A stretch of DNA of 64,000 bases from a phage, in the NCBI GenBank assembly GCA_025830695.1, contig GCA_025830695.1_4111.2, one strand, 5' to 3'. Positions 53,773 to 63,748 of the stretch are shown in pieces. The notes beneath the pieces were generated by a model that worked only from the letters and a program-made list of their open reading frames with translations, ran no database searches and had not been told where the DNA came from. Each line of letters starts with the position of its first letter. Position 1 is the stretch's first letter. A program made the position numbers and the translations under genes.

Positions 53773-54339
53773 ATGAGTACTGAATTAATTAAAGAAGTCA
53801 CATTACTTCTGAAGCATTGTTTTAAGTTCATTCCTGATACTGGCTCACGCCAGTACATTAAAGTTAATGAGAAATATAACATCAATATCCTTGTATCTGA
53901 AACTGCGAGCAGTTATGCTAACATTGAGTTGGATTCTGAAGAAAAATATACAGTATTACAAATCATAGCAGATGTACAACGTAAACAAGATTATCGTTCT
54001 TCATTTTACAACGATCATCTGTGTGTTTGCTCAAACTTCAGTGAGAATAAAATTGTGTATAAGAATTTATACACACATGAAGTGATTGATACATATAATT
54101 ATAAAATTTCATCTGATGAATACAATGTTCTAATGTTCAACGCAAACCTTTTGTATGATGCCAGTACTGTACGCTGTTTAGAGTTAGCATATAAAATTCC
54201 AAAGATCATGGAAAGAAAAGATTTGATTCACTTTAAAACTATTTTAAAATACAGTACAAAAGAATTAGAGGATTTAGTACAGGCTCTTAAGAATTTCATT
54301 AATGAACATGTACCTGTTAAATTCGAGGATGCACAATGA
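53773..54339 (+). CDS. family C-like paralog
   Basis: track ORF trimmed to MSTELIKE (SD GGAGGA); YNVLMFNANLLYDAS. Confidence 0.5.
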   Translation: MSTELIKEVTLLLKHCFKFIPDTGSRQYIKVNEKYNINILVSETASSYANIELDSEEKYTVLQIIADVQRKQDYRSSFYNDHLCVCSNFSENKIVYKNLYTHEVIDTYNYKISSDEYNVLMFNANLLYDASTVRCLELAYKIPKIMERKDLIHFKTILKYSTKELEDLVQALKNFINEHVPVKFEDAQ

Positions 54340-54920
54340 ACCATATCAGAACTAAAATTTTGAGACTCATGCATGACATTGCAGAACTTTCAGAGATTCA
54401 TGACATTACAGAAATTGTTGAATTTGATGATTATCGACTGAAAATTGAAAACAAATCCAAACATCGTTTTGGATCAGTTCAGTTGGATGTATATAAAACT
54501 TATGAATTTTCTAAAAAAATTAAAAGTTCATGGGATACGATTACTATGTACATTCGCACATCCAGAAATCGTGAACGTATTGGTTCTATTTCTTCTAATA
54601 TGGTATTTGCGAATGCATTACATGAAAAAATGAATAAAATTGTAGAATCTAATTTCAGTGAAGATGATGGATTTATTGGGTTGGATGTTCCACCAGAATT
54701 AGACCAAAGTGAAGATATTCGAGATGCATTCATTTTCCAGAAATCCTTGTTGGACAATTACAAAGAATTCGAGTACTTAATGCTTTGTTACGATACTGCA
54801 AAAATTCTTGATTGTGGTGAACTAGTTATGTACAATGATTTTATCAATTGCAAGACTGATGTTCTGAATACACTACTTCAAAATATAGAATCTGTTAAGG
54901 AAAAATATGAACGCTTATAG
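54336..54920 (+). CDS. family C paralog
   Basis: RDAFIFQKSLLDN. Confidence 0.55.
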   Translation: MNHIRTKILRLMHDIAELSEIHDITEIVEFDDYRLKIENKSKHRFGSVQLDVYKTYEFSKKIKSSWDTITMYIRTSRNRERIGSISSNMVFANALHEKMNKIVESNFSEDDGFIGLDVPPELDQSEDIRDAFIFQKSLLDNYKEFEYLMLCYDTAKILDCGELVMYNDFINCKTDVLNTLLQNIESVKEKYERL

Positions 54921-55488
54921 TTATATGACAGAACGCCATCAGTTATTATATGATATCAGTAAAAAAATGCTATCAATTGTTGGTAGTGCGAAAGAAATTG
55001 AAAAACAATATCTCATCCGTGATGTATCAATTTCATCTAAATGTTGGTCAAATGAATATTACGACCACGGTATTCTTACTATTTCTGGGGCCAGAAATAT
55101 TTGTATTGTAAAAAATAAAAGTAAAAGTAATGAAGAGTGTGAGATTAGAACCGATATACAAATTAAGGATGATGGAAGTTTTTCACATCACCCATTCCAT
55201 ATTAGTACTATTGGTGTTTTATATAATATTAAAGTACTATTCGGTGATGAAGAGTATGTGTTAAAAGCTATCAATCCAGATTCAAGTACAGTTGAAGAAG
55301 AACTGTTCCAGATGAGCACTGTTATACCTGAAGAGGTTCTTAGTACTGTTGTTTTTTGTAGTTTAATTTATCATACATACAAAAAGAACCAATTCGATTT
55401 CCACATTTTAGGAACGTACATCTTCAATACTTTGAATGTTGATCGTTTAAAAGCATTAAATGCAGCAATGGATAAGGTGCTACAATGA
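54907..55488 (+). CDS. family C paralog
   Basis: VEEELFQMSTVIPEE. Confidence 0.6.
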   Translation: MNAYSYMTERHQLLYDISKKMLSIVGSAKEIEKQYLIRDVSISSKCWSNEYYDHGILTISGARNICIVKNKSKSNEECEIRTDIQIKDDGSFSHHPFHISTIGVLYNIKVLFGDEEYVLKAINPDSSTVEEELFQMSTVIPEEVLSTVVFCSLIYHTYKKNQFDFHILGTYIFNTLNVDRLKALNAAMDKVLQ

Positions 55489-55913
55489 CAAGAGATGATT
55501 GTTTGTACATATGGGATATAATTGAAACTACACTTTCAAATCCAGAAAATTATAAAACAAAAAAAAGACAACGACACAAAATATGGATAGATTTGTTCGT
55601 TGAGGGCATACACGCAGTGACTATTTGGGATTCACCGAGGGCATCAGCATCTACTCTATTGGACAATGAATGCATTGATTGCATTAATTCCACTTTTCAT
55701 CTCTACGGTACTACATTTTTCGGTACATTTCTGGATATTGAAAGTAAAGATGATATTGATTCACTTGCGTTACAATACCAAGTACTGTATAATACTAAAT
55801 TAATTTACGATTTAGTACTAGCTTCTTATGTGTATAAATTAATGATGAAATATAATCATATTTCTGTTTCAGTTTATACTAAGGATATTCTTTCATTAAG
55901 AGACAAAACATGA
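55485..55913 (+). CDS. family C-like paralog (degenerate motif)
   Basis: ORF track; tandem position. Confidence 0.45.
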   Translation: MTRDDCLYIWDIIETTLSNPENYKTKKRQRHKIWIDLFVEGIHAVTIWDSPRASASTLLDNECIDCINSTFHLYGTTFFGTFLDIESKDDIDSLALQYQVLYNTKLIYDLVLASYVYKLMMKYNHISVSVYTKDILSLRDKT

Positions 55914-56419
55914 GTTTATTAAATGCACGCGAATTAGTTGAGATGTATGAGATTTTGTCTTCATATAAAAATTCTCATGGAGATGTGATTCTCGACAAAA
56001 AGTTCCATGTCAGTGTTGAACATATATCAAATATAGATATGATTTCTTTGGTGGAAAGTAATAAGTCAGGTCTTGAACGCGATATCATGCGTTTGATTTA
56101 TATTCCCAAACCATCATATACTAATGATAGTTCAATTAGTAATGAGACATTCATGTATAGTCCTGGTACGGATTCTACTATAGTATCGCTGTCCAATAAA
56201 TCAATGGGTACTTTCCAATTCATCTATACCAGTACTGATAACATTGAAGAAATTGAATTTCAAAACAATACATTAAGTCCATGTAGTAGTGTTATAACCT
56301 TTATGTCATATCTATGGTCAACTAAAACAAGTGCTGTTGTATATAGTTCAAATTATACACAAGATAGTATTGTTGAATCATATAAAGTTCTAAAGGAATA
56401 CTATGAAAATAACAAATGA
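55910..56419 (+). CDS. family C-like paralog
   Basis: IEEIEFQNNTLS. Confidence 0.5.
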   Translation: MSLLNARELVEMYEILSSYKNSHGDVILDKKFHVSVEHISNIDMISLVESNKSGLERDIMRLIYIPKPSYTNDSSISNETFMYSPGTDSTIVSLSNKSMGTFQFIYTSTDNIEEIEFQNNTLSPCSSVITFMSYLWSTKTSAVVYSSNYTQDSIVESYKVLKEYYENNK

Positions 56420-56984
56420 TTTTATTAAAAGTGTAGTACACCCTATGCTTAGTATTATGAAAAAAATACAGAATCTACCGGAAGATAACGATTACAAGTT
56501 TAATCGTTTTGATTCAGATGTGTTTTGTATTGAAATTGAAATTAATAACAATCGCAATTTACATTTAAAATTCAAAGAATCGTCAAGTCCGTACTACAAC
56601 TTTGATATGAATTTTAAAATAGATACTGACATTGAAGAAAACGTAATATCAAATCATACTAGCAAAAATGGTTTTATGCATAGAACTACTATGTACAATA
56701 ATAAAAATAGTATTATATCTAAATGGAATCATCAATTCACTAAAATTTGTGAAATTGAATATAGTGATTTTGGTGAAGAGAATTACTTTCAGTTAAGTAC
56801 AATTCATGAACTTCCACCGTATGATTATGTTAAAACATGGTTTGATATTCATAATATAATTGATGATGCAATCAAACTTCCATTTGGTGTGTCAATATCA
56901 TATACTGCTCCTAAAACATTTGTTTTTACTGAAGATATGATTATGAAAAAGATATGGGCAATTATCCCACTTATGATGGATTAA
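56403..56984 (+). CDS. family C paralog
   Basis: GEENYFQLSTIHE. Confidence 0.6.
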   Translation: MKITNDFIKSVVHPMLSIMKKIQNLPEDNDYKFNRFDSDVFCIEIEINNNRNLHLKFKESSSPYYNFDMNFKIDTDIEENVISNHTSKNGFMHRTTMYNNKNSIISKWNHQFTKICEIEYSDFGEENYFQLSTIHELPPYDYVKTWFDIHNIIDDAIKLPFGVSISYTAPKTFVFTEDMIMKKIWAIIPLMMD

Positions 56985-56998
56985 ATTCGTACCAGGGG

Positions 56999-57027
56999 TT
57001 GACTCTGGTATTTTTGTATGATACATT
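56999..57027 (+). promoter_or_regulatory. possible internal promoter
   Basis: TTGACT 56999-57004, 17 bp, TACATT; SD AAAGGAG before ATG 57046. Confidence 0.4.
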
Positions 57028-57045
57028 GTCCTAAAGGAGAATTTT

Positions 57046-57597
57046 ATGAACTACAATCATGATCTTTTTACATTATGTGCATCCAAATGTGTTGATGGAT
57101 GGACAGATAAAATCAATACCATAATTCATCGATATCTGGTCTTTAGTTCTCGTGCACGAAGTGAGGGGGCTATGGATTTCAAATATACACTATCTATTGA
57201 TGGTGTAACTATCCATGCAGACGAAGAACGTCTGAGCATTAATTTGTATGATTCCTGTGTATTTGCTATTCACCAAAAGATGGGGAAAGGATGGGGTTGT
57301 AATAACATTAACTCAAAAGCTATCTTTTGGGTTGGTCACCACCAGACAGTACTTGATCCTTCAATCAAATCTAATCTTTTATCCGATAATATGGTTTATG
57401 ATTTATTGTACTCCGAAGAACAACATTTTCAGTTAAGTACATTACATGATCTGGCACAGTACGAGGATTGTTACAAAACATTAGAACTATGCCATTCCCT
57501 TGAACTTAAAGATAAATTGATACAAGTTTACCCTTCATTCTTTCATGAAGAAGTACAAAGTACACTAGATCATATTTTATATGGATACGATAAATGA
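57046..57597 (+). CDS. family C paralog
   Basis: SEEQHFQLSTLHD. Confidence 0.6.
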   Translation: MNYNHDLFTLCASKCVDGWTDKINTIIHRYLVFSSRARSEGAMDFKYTLSIDGVTIHADEERLSINLYDSCVFAIHQKMGKGWGCNNINSKAIFWVGHHQTVLDPSIKSNLLSDNMVYDLLYSEEQHFQLSTLHDLAQYEDCYKTLELCHSLELKDKLIQVYPSFFHEEVQSTLDHILYGYDK

Positions 57598-58196
57598 GAA
57601 AAAGTTATCAAGAAGCTATTGACTTAATTCGTGAAGTTATCAAGGTGGCTCCTGCTGCTATTGAGTTCAAGAAGTCCATATACAAGAAGTATGGTTCAAT
57701 GTCGAGTATGTGCTTTCAAAAGAAACGTAGAGCATTCACTACCCAATACTGGAATGATTCTATCATCCTGAGCAATGAGACTCAGCGTATTTTAACACTA
57801 GAATCTGAACCTAATGAGTACGGGGAAGGGAACATTTGTGTACCTGATTATGATGAAATTAACTTCAACTGCGGTGATTTTGAAACAACATTATTACTTC
57901 ATGAGGGTTATCCAGAAGGTGATGTATTAGCTGAGTACAATCCAAAAACTAAAATTCTCAAAAGAGGAATCCAGTTCACTATTAATAACAAAGATGATGT
58001 TCAAGCAGCACTGATGCAACTGAGTACAAGTGAACCTATCACTATTAGTGTAGAAGAGTTATGGGGAATTATTTCGGTACTCAATGAGTGCTACAAAGTA
58101 AAATCATTGCGTAAACACAGCATTATATTACATACCAATATGGCAAATATAAAATGTAAGCACATTCAAGAAATGGTGGTTCCAGATGGACTTTAA
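57594..58196 (+). CDS. family C-like paralog (degenerate motif)
   Basis: QAALMQLSTSEP. Confidence 0.5.
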   Translation: MRKSYQEAIDLIREVIKVAPAAIEFKKSIYKKYGSMSSMCFQKKRRAFTTQYWNDSIILSNETQRILTLESEPNEYGEGNICVPDYDEINFNCGDFETTLLLHEGYPEGDVLAEYNPKTKILKRGIQFTINNKDDVQAALMQLSTSEPITISVEELWGIISVLNECYKVKSLRKHSIILHTNMANIKCKHIQEMVVPDGL

Positions 58197-58770
58197 AGAA
58201 ATTGAAAGTAAATTAAAGTACTTCAAAGATATCAAACTTCTTTGGAAAAAGTATAAAGTTGATTACAATTTCAGTGATGATGAGACAATAAAATACATTG
58301 AGATTAATATCAAAATCAAGTTCAAGAATAATAATTATGGTGAAGTAACCTTAAATCATACTGGTATATCACTCAAGGACTATGATGGTACAACACTCGC
58401 ATATTTTGACTTCACACCAGAACCAGGTGAAACACTACTTAGTGAGATAAATTCCTATGACATGGAAGTGTTCGGCGGGAATCCGTTACTGTTCCGACTT
58501 TCTGAAGAGTGGAGTGAAGAGTACTACACTTACAAAGATGGTGTAGTACTTGATATTCATGGAGAAGTTGTGAATGACTTGGAAGAACGTTTGTTCCAAG
58601 AATTGTGTGTTTCAAATACTTCATATGCATACAATCATATCCTTGACATGTTTGATTTATATAGTAAAATAGATGCTGAAATGAAGGCACATGGTATTCA
58701 TTACCTTACAATTAACGACTATGCTCAACTCGAAACCGCTGTGAAAGCATTGACTAAAGTACTGAAATAG
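58186..58770 (+). CDS. family C paralog
   Basis: LEERLFQELCVSN. Confidence 0.55.
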   Translation: MDFKEIESKLKYFKDIKLLWKKYKVDYNFSDDETIKYIEINIKIKFKNNNYGEVTLNHTGISLKDYDGTTLAYFDFTPEPGETLLSEINSYDMEVFGGNPLLFRLSEEWSEEYYTYKDGVVLDIHGEVVNDLEERLFQELCVSNTSYAYNHILDMFDLYSKIDAEMKAHGIHYLTINDYAQLETAVKALTKVLK

Positions 58771-58779
58771 GAATGAAAT

Positions 58780-59193
58780 ATGAAACTGTATCATGCGAGT
58801 ACTGTAAAAATTGATAACTTTTATATCCCGTATGGTGGTCTTCATATGGGAGGTAAACACAGTGCTTTGGAAGCTGCGTTACGCAAGCTGAGAAGCCCAC
58901 TGAACGTAGTAGACGCATGTACAGTATACTTGCATACCTTAGAAGTTGATGTTGATAACGTGCTTCTGTGTGAAGATTTAGGCAGTGATGATGAGTGGCG
59001 TTCACTTATTGAGAATTGCACTACTCAAGGTTATGATGCTGTTCAGTACAAAAATGACTACGAGCCTGATAATGTTCCTAGTTATATGATTTGGGATGCA
59101 TCTAAAGTTCGCATCATTGAAGTTGATGCTATGCATATGGATGAAGCTGAAATGATTATCGAAGATTTTCTTGATGAATATGAAGGTGTATAA
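58780..59193 (+). CDS. hypothetical protein (137 aa), not family C; visibly higher GC
   Basis: ORF track. Confidence 0.5.
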   Translation: MKLYHASTVKIDNFYIPYGGLHMGGKHSALEAALRKLRSPLNVVDACTVYLHTLEVDVDNVLLCEDLGSDDEWRSLIENCTTQGYDAVQYKNDYEPDNVPSYMIWDASKVRIIEVDAMHMDEAEMIIEDFLDEYEGV

Positions 59194-59729
59194 TGACTGA
59201 CCCGATGGTAGCACTGGCACGTACTAAGTTACTATTAAAGATTGGTGAGATTTTTACGGTTCTTCTGTCCAATAATATTGATATTACTGAGCTAGATATT
59301 AAGCAACCGTGGGAAGTGACTATGTTCTCGGCGTTCCACCGATTGTCATATAAAGGTGAAAGTGTTCTTGATTTTAACCCTAAAGCAAAATTCATAGATT
59401 ATGCTGCGTTGTACAGAGAGTTGCACAGAAATATTTATTCCGGTTGTATAACCAATAACTTCAAAGAAATTAAAGTTCAAACTGCATCACATGAGTTCAA
59501 TGATTTACTTTATCCAGAATTTAATCTAACGGAAGAATTACTCTTTCAGTACTCGTTAATTCTAACAAATCTCGAAACACTAGAGTTCTACAAAGAGTTA
59601 GTAGATATTTTTATGAATACACGACTTTCAAAAGATATTGTGATATTCTGGTATACAGAGCATGTTACGGAGGAATTGCTTACTGAATTTCTTCTAAATA
59701 TGACAGCTATAAAGGAGAAGTTATGTTAG
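59193..59729 (+). CDS. family C paralog
   Basis: TEELLFQYSLILTN. Confidence 0.6.
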   Translation: MTDPMVALARTKLLLKIGEIFTVLLSNNIDITELDIKQPWEVTMFSAFHRLSYKGESVLDFNPKAKFIDYAALYRELHRNIYSGCITNNFKEIKVQTASHEFNDLLYPEFNLTEELLFQYSLILTNLETLEFYKELVDIFMNTRLSKDIVIFWYTEHVTEELLTEFLLNMTAIKEKLC

Positions 59730-60196
59730 ATATTTTAGGAAACATCGATACTGCAAATTATTTTATCCAGGACGCACTGTTCAATACAGTTCAACAAGGA
59801 TTAGAAGTTCGTCATAACGTTTACCAAGGTGATGGTTATTTCGTTGATATTGTTGAGGCACGAAAGAATACGTTTAATGTTAACATTACAACACTGGGTA
59901 GACAGAACATTGCACGAATTTTAGTAAGTAAAGATGAAATTGTATTGAGATACAGTGCTAAGTTTATGTTGACTTATAAGAAAAAAACTGATATGTTCAG
60001 TACTAATTTATTTGATGAACCATTTGACCTTGATGATATTGAAGCTACTTTCTTTACTCAAAGTACTATGGTAAAATACACTGATGTTCAATTTTCTGCT
60101 GATGTAATGTCAGAAACATTACAAATGATCAAGGTATTATTTTATGCATTTGAGCAATTTAGAGAAGAAAGAAACAAGGTTAACAACCACAGATGA
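59723..60196 (+). CDS. family C-like paralog
   Basis: EATFFTQSTMV. Confidence 0.5.
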   Translation: MLDILGNIDTANYFIQDALFNTVQQGLEVRHNVYQGDGYFVDIVEARKNTFNVNITTLGRQNIARILVSKDEIVLRYSAKFMLTYKKKTDMFSTNLFDEPFDLDDIEATFFTQSTMVKYTDVQFSADVMSETLQMIKVLFYAFEQFREERNKVNNHR

Positions 60197-60557
60197 ACTA
60201 ATAGAGGCGATCACTAAGGAGTCAAAATACCACAAAGGGATTCGTCTATATTTTATAGATATTGGTTCAATGGAAGGCATATACATTTATGGTTCACAAT
60301 CTTTATCTTATGATGTAATGCCAAAAAAACATGTAAAAATCTTTTTAGGTTCAGATAAAAAAACTTTCTTGACAATTAATGATAAAAACGTTATTATGAA
60401 TTCGTTGGGCCATGATAAGGTGGAAATTGATCTAAACACACTAGAGGATATTGATTTTTTTCAATACGAGTGTTTAGGTGTTGACTTACATGGCATTAGT
60501 AGCGATATGATAAAATCATTAATCAAATATTTCGAAGGTGTTCATAAATGTATCTAA
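60144..60557 (+). CDS. family C-like paralog (start uncertain; 53-nt overlap with upstream ORF)
   Basis: EDIDFFQYECLGVD. Confidence 0.4.
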   Translation: MHLSNLEKKETRLTTTDELIEAITKESKYHKGIRLYFIDIGSMEGIYIYGSQSLSYDVMPKKHVKIFLGSDKKTFLTINDKNVIMNSLGHDKVEIDLNTLEDIDFFQYECLGVDLHGISSDMIKSLIKYFEGVHKCI

Positions 60558-61045
60558 CTAAATCAATGAAAAATTCATTTGATAAAATTAAGAGTTGTCT
60601 TGATGGAGAAAATATTACAAGTGTTACACAAACTGCTGACCAAATTCAAAGCAGTTCAAGTGATTGCACTGTTATTTTTGGTTTACATAGTCTGCGTTTA
60701 TCAATAGTAAATAATATTGACAACACTGCTATTGTAATCACACCATGCAATATTCAAAATGAGAATGGTGTATATCTTCATCACATGGGAACAGTATTTC
60801 ACATTTTCAATTCAAACGAAAACATTGTTAAGGAATACAATACTCTTAATATTGATTCAGGTGAATTATTTCAAATGAGTACTTTGTACTCATGTAATTT
60901 TACAGATACTTCATGTATTTTGCCATTTTTCTTGGAAATTATTAAGAAAATGGAAAATTTAAAACGTGAATACAATAAAGAAATGGTTCCTGAAGCTATA
61001 TTAAATATTACTAATGCTATAGAGAAGTATAATGCAGTGACTTAA
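60548..61045 (+). CDS. family C paralog
   Basis: DSGELFQMSTLYS. Confidence 0.55.
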   Translation: MYLTKSMKNSFDKIKSCLDGENITSVTQTADQIQSSSSDCTVIFGLHSLRLSIVNNIDNTAIVITPCNIQNENGVYLHHMGTVFHIFNSNENIVKEYNTLNIDSGELFQMSTLYSCNFTDTSCILPFFLEIIKKMENLKREYNKEMVPEAILNITNAIEKYNAVT

Positions 61046-61087
61046 TAAAAACGCACATGGAGTGCATTAGAAGATCAAGGATAGATC

Positions 61088-61561
61088 ATGGAGATTAAAA
61101 CTGTTGAAAATGGGAAAATTGATGACATTTTAGAGTTGGACGCATTCAAAGTTCATGATATAATGTTTAATGTGAAGGACATTATTCAATGTCTATTTTT
61201 GTGTAGCAAGACAATGCATGATTTTTTTCACAACCCAAATACTAACGTTTTTATACTAACAATCAGTACTGAAAACTCGTTTATCATGGGTATGCCTATG
61301 AGTACAAATGAACAATATATTGATTGTGTTATTCGTAATAACGATAGTATTACGCCACAATCTGAAGTACGTAAAAAGAAAAACACCTACACAATCAAAG
61401 ATGATAAAATTATGATGTGCTGTAGTAAAGGGTTTATATTAGATAATTTTATCGTAAAAGACAGTTATCACGACTTTAAAGTATCTGAAAATCAATCCAA
61501 TGTAGTTCTTTATGCGAGTGACATAGAAAGTCTAACAGTTAAAGATCCCAGTTTGGAGTAA
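61088..61561 (+). CDS. hypothetical protein (157 aa)
   Basis: ORF track; SD AAGGA. Confidence 0.5.
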   Translation: MEIKTVENGKIDDILELDAFKVHDIMFNVKDIIQCLFLCSKTMHDFFHNPNTNVFILTISTENSFIMGMPMSTNEQYIDCVIRNNDSITPQSEVRKKKNTYTIKDDKIMMCCSKGFILDNFIVKDSYHDFKVSENQSNVVLYASDIESLTVKDPSLE

Positions 61562-61724
61562 GTATGGCTAAGAAAGTAAACAATTTCGTACAGAAACACA
61601 TGAATGAGTTTAACAAGCCACAGACACATGTGGATCGTAAAAAAGAAATGAAAAATGGTAAAGTAAAACACAAGTCGAGATTTATTCTCGACTAATTTTT
61701 TGTCTAAATTTATGAGGATTGTAT

Positions 61725-62573
61725 ATGTTAGACATTTCAGATTTTCTTAATTTTAAAAAGTATTCAGTACTTGAACATATCAACGAATTTCTGAATTCTA
61801 CTACACCATTTGGTATCAGTACATCAGATGCATACGATGGATATACAATCTTCCCATACAATGACTTTCAAATTTCCGTCAAAAAAGGTTTTACAAAAGA
61901 AGTTGCAATTCGTGATGTAGTAATGTATAGCGATTCTTCTATTTCTTACTGTCATGATGTGAACAAGTTTGAATCTCTTGCAACACCTAATTGTTCATAC
62001 TACAAATCCCATGACACGATGATGTATAAAGAACAACATATCAATGGTGTTTCGTTCTATAAAACTAGCAGTGATAAATCATATACATCTAGAGATGATT
62101 TTGGAAAATACACATGTACTATGCACACGGATAATGAAAAAACAAATTACACTCATTCATTCGAGTCCAAATTCCAAGAGAGTGAAGTTTCAAATATCAC
62201 TATACAAGAACAGGTTTCAGAAGGCATTGTATATCGTAGCACTGCATTCTTTCGCATGAAAGATATTGTCACAGGCAGACCAATGATGTACAATATTGAT
62301 ATATACATGAAAGGTGATATATCCGAAGTAGTGATTAGTACTGGTTATCGTGAAAAATATACAGTTACAATGGAATCACCAGATGCATCATTAGTTCACC
62401 TCTTTAACAATTTATATACATTCCAATTCGAACTTAGTTTCGATCCAAATGAATATCAAATATTTGATATATTAAAAAGTAATATTATTAATAAGTTAGA
62501 ATATTACTACAAGTTAGGTGGTAAGATGTGCATAGTTAATACTATGTTACATAACATAAAAGAAACATTATAA
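61725..62573 (+). CDS. hypothetical protein (282 aa)
   Basis: track ORF 61719 (TTG) trimmed to ATG 61725, 6 nt after GAGGA. Confidence 0.55.
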   Translation: MLDISDFLNFKKYSVLEHINEFLNSTTPFGISTSDAYDGYTIFPYNDFQISVKKGFTKEVAIRDVVMYSDSSISYCHDVNKFESLATPNCSYYKSHDTMMYKEQHINGVSFYKTSSDKSYTSRDDFGKYTCTMHTDNEKTNYTHSFESKFQESEVSNITIQEQVSEGIVYRSTAFFRMKDIVTGRPMMYNIDIYMKGDISEVVISTGYREKYTVTMESPDASLVHLFNNLYTFQFELSFDPNEYQIFDILKSNIINKLEYYYKLGGKMCIVNTMLHNIKETL

Positions 62574-62589
62574 ATCTGGAGGATTTGGT

Positions 62590-62883
62590 ATGGATACTAA
62601 ATTCAAAATTATTTTTAAAACTAAGCCGTATATTCCACATACAGCAGAACGTTTTATACCACATGGTGCTGAGGAAATTATTCACCAAGATGGTACTAAG
62701 TTATACCTTGTTCCTTGTTCTTATGAACGTGCAGTAGAAATGTTACTAATGAATGCTAGACTATGCAAAAACAAGTACATTAGTTACCTATACAATGAAC
62801 ATATTTTAGATTTCAATGATGAAAATATGTTCATTCTAGCAATTGAGGATTTTGATAACTGGTACAATATTATTAAAATCTAA
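62590..62883 (+). CDS. hypothetical protein (97 aa)
   Basis: ORF track; SD GGAGG. Confidence 0.55.
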   Translation: MDTKFKIIFKTKPYIPHTAERFIPHGAEEIIHQDGTKLYLVPCSYERAVEMLLMNARLCKNKYISYLYNEHILDFNDENMFILAIEDFDNWYNIIKI

Positions 62884-62891
62884 TGAAAATA

Positions 62892-62939
62892 ATGTGAACA
62901 TATTAGATTCTTGTGATATAATGTTCACATCTTTTTTTT
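62892..62939 (+). terminator. rho-independent terminator (10-bp perfect stem)
   Basis: ATGTGAACAT...ATGTTCACAT then TTTTTTTT. Confidence 0.6.
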
Positions 62940-62955
62940 GATAACGGAGATATAG

Positions 62956-63342
62956 ATGAATACAAGTTCAATCCTAAAAGCAATTGGTGGTGTTTTACTC
63001 ATTGAAGTAAAAGGTGAGCCAAAGCTATGCTGTTTAGAAGATATGAAGAATACAAAACACTTCAGTACTGGTCAGATTTTTAATGCCATTCGTATTCTAA
63101 ATGACAAATCCATTGCTGATTATGGTAAAGTTTGGCCTGTATATCAAAATGCTGATGGTGATATCAGTACTGATTGGAAAACAATTGAGGCGGTACGACA
63201 AAGTTGTGAGAGTGATTGGGACTTCATTGTTGAAGTTTGTGATCAACTACAAGAAGATGTTCCAGAAATTGTCGAACGAAAAGAAGTCCTAGCACGACTT
63301 GAAAAATTCCGTCACGGAACACTACAGTATGACACAATCTAA
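62956..63342 (+). CDS. hypothetical protein (128 aa)
   Basis: ORF track; SD GGAGA. Confidence 0.55.
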   Translation: MNTSSILKAIGGVLLIEVKGEPKLCCLEDMKNTKHFSTGQIFNAIRILNDKSIADYGKVWPVYQNADGDISTDWKTIEAVRQSCESDWDFIVEVCDQLQEDVPEIVERKEVLARLEKFRHGTLQYDTI

Positions 63343-63391
63343 TCTGCTTATTAAAAATATCTAATTAACATTATATAAAAGGAATTTAAAA

Positions 63392-63697
63392 ATGGAAGAC
63401 AATGGAATGAAATTTGATATGTTTGAAGGTGTACCAGAGTTCGATTTCAACAAACTTGAAGAAGGTGAGGAATCAGAACTAGTCAGTGTTACACTTAAAG
63501 CAGATTCTAAGAAGAAATATTCATCAGCAGTACGTTCACGTTCACAAGAAGAATACGAAACATTTATTGAAAGTATTCATTATGAAACATTCCATCATGC
63601 AGATGGAACTCCATATGAAGTACGTGTAACAGTACTGAAGCCTGAAGTAAATCCAATGGAAAATCTACGTCCTGTTTACTGCTGGGCAAGTCACTAA
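63392..63697 (+). CDS. hypothetical protein (101 aa)
   Basis: ORF track; SD AAGGAA. Confidence 0.55.
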   Translation: MEDNGMKFDMFEGVPEFDFNKLEEGEESELVSVTLKADSKKKYSSAVRSRSQEEYETFIESIHYETFHHADGTPYEVRVTVLKPEVNPMENLRPVYCWASH

Positions 63698-63705
63698 TAA
63701 ACCAA

Positions 63706-63737
63706 AGGACGGGATTTGTTATCTCGTCCTTTTTTTG
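63706..63737 (+). terminator. rho-independent terminator
   Basis: AGGACGGGAT...ATCTCGTCCT then TTTTTTT. Confidence 0.65.
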
Positions 63738-63748
63738 TCTGGAGATGT

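Noticed and set aside
1414-59395. Antisense and overlapping ORFs in the track (for example 1414..1602, 3155..3367, 4128..4454, 4631..4945, 9248..9679, 12698..13147, 13703..14137, 14723..15049, 23381..23803, 25343..25627, 58439..59395)
   Set aside because: They lie opposite or out of frame with better-supported genes, lack promoters and RBS, and have low-complexity composition typical of chance ORFs in AT-rich DNA.
26372-61561. Possibility that the regular arrays are a CRISPR array or another non-coding repeat
   Set aside because: Units are 200-600 bp, variable in sequence, keep long open reading frames with conserved amino-acid motifs and coupled start/stop codons; there are no short exact direct repeats with uniform spacers.
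32712-61561. Reading the family C core (E-x-x-Y/F-F-Q-x-S) as a TEV/3C-type protease cleavage site (E-x-x-Y-x-Q then G/S)
   Set aside because: The resemblance is superficial: the residue after Q is variable and Ser sits one position further on, and no protease gene is visible in the window. Not supportable without cleavage data.
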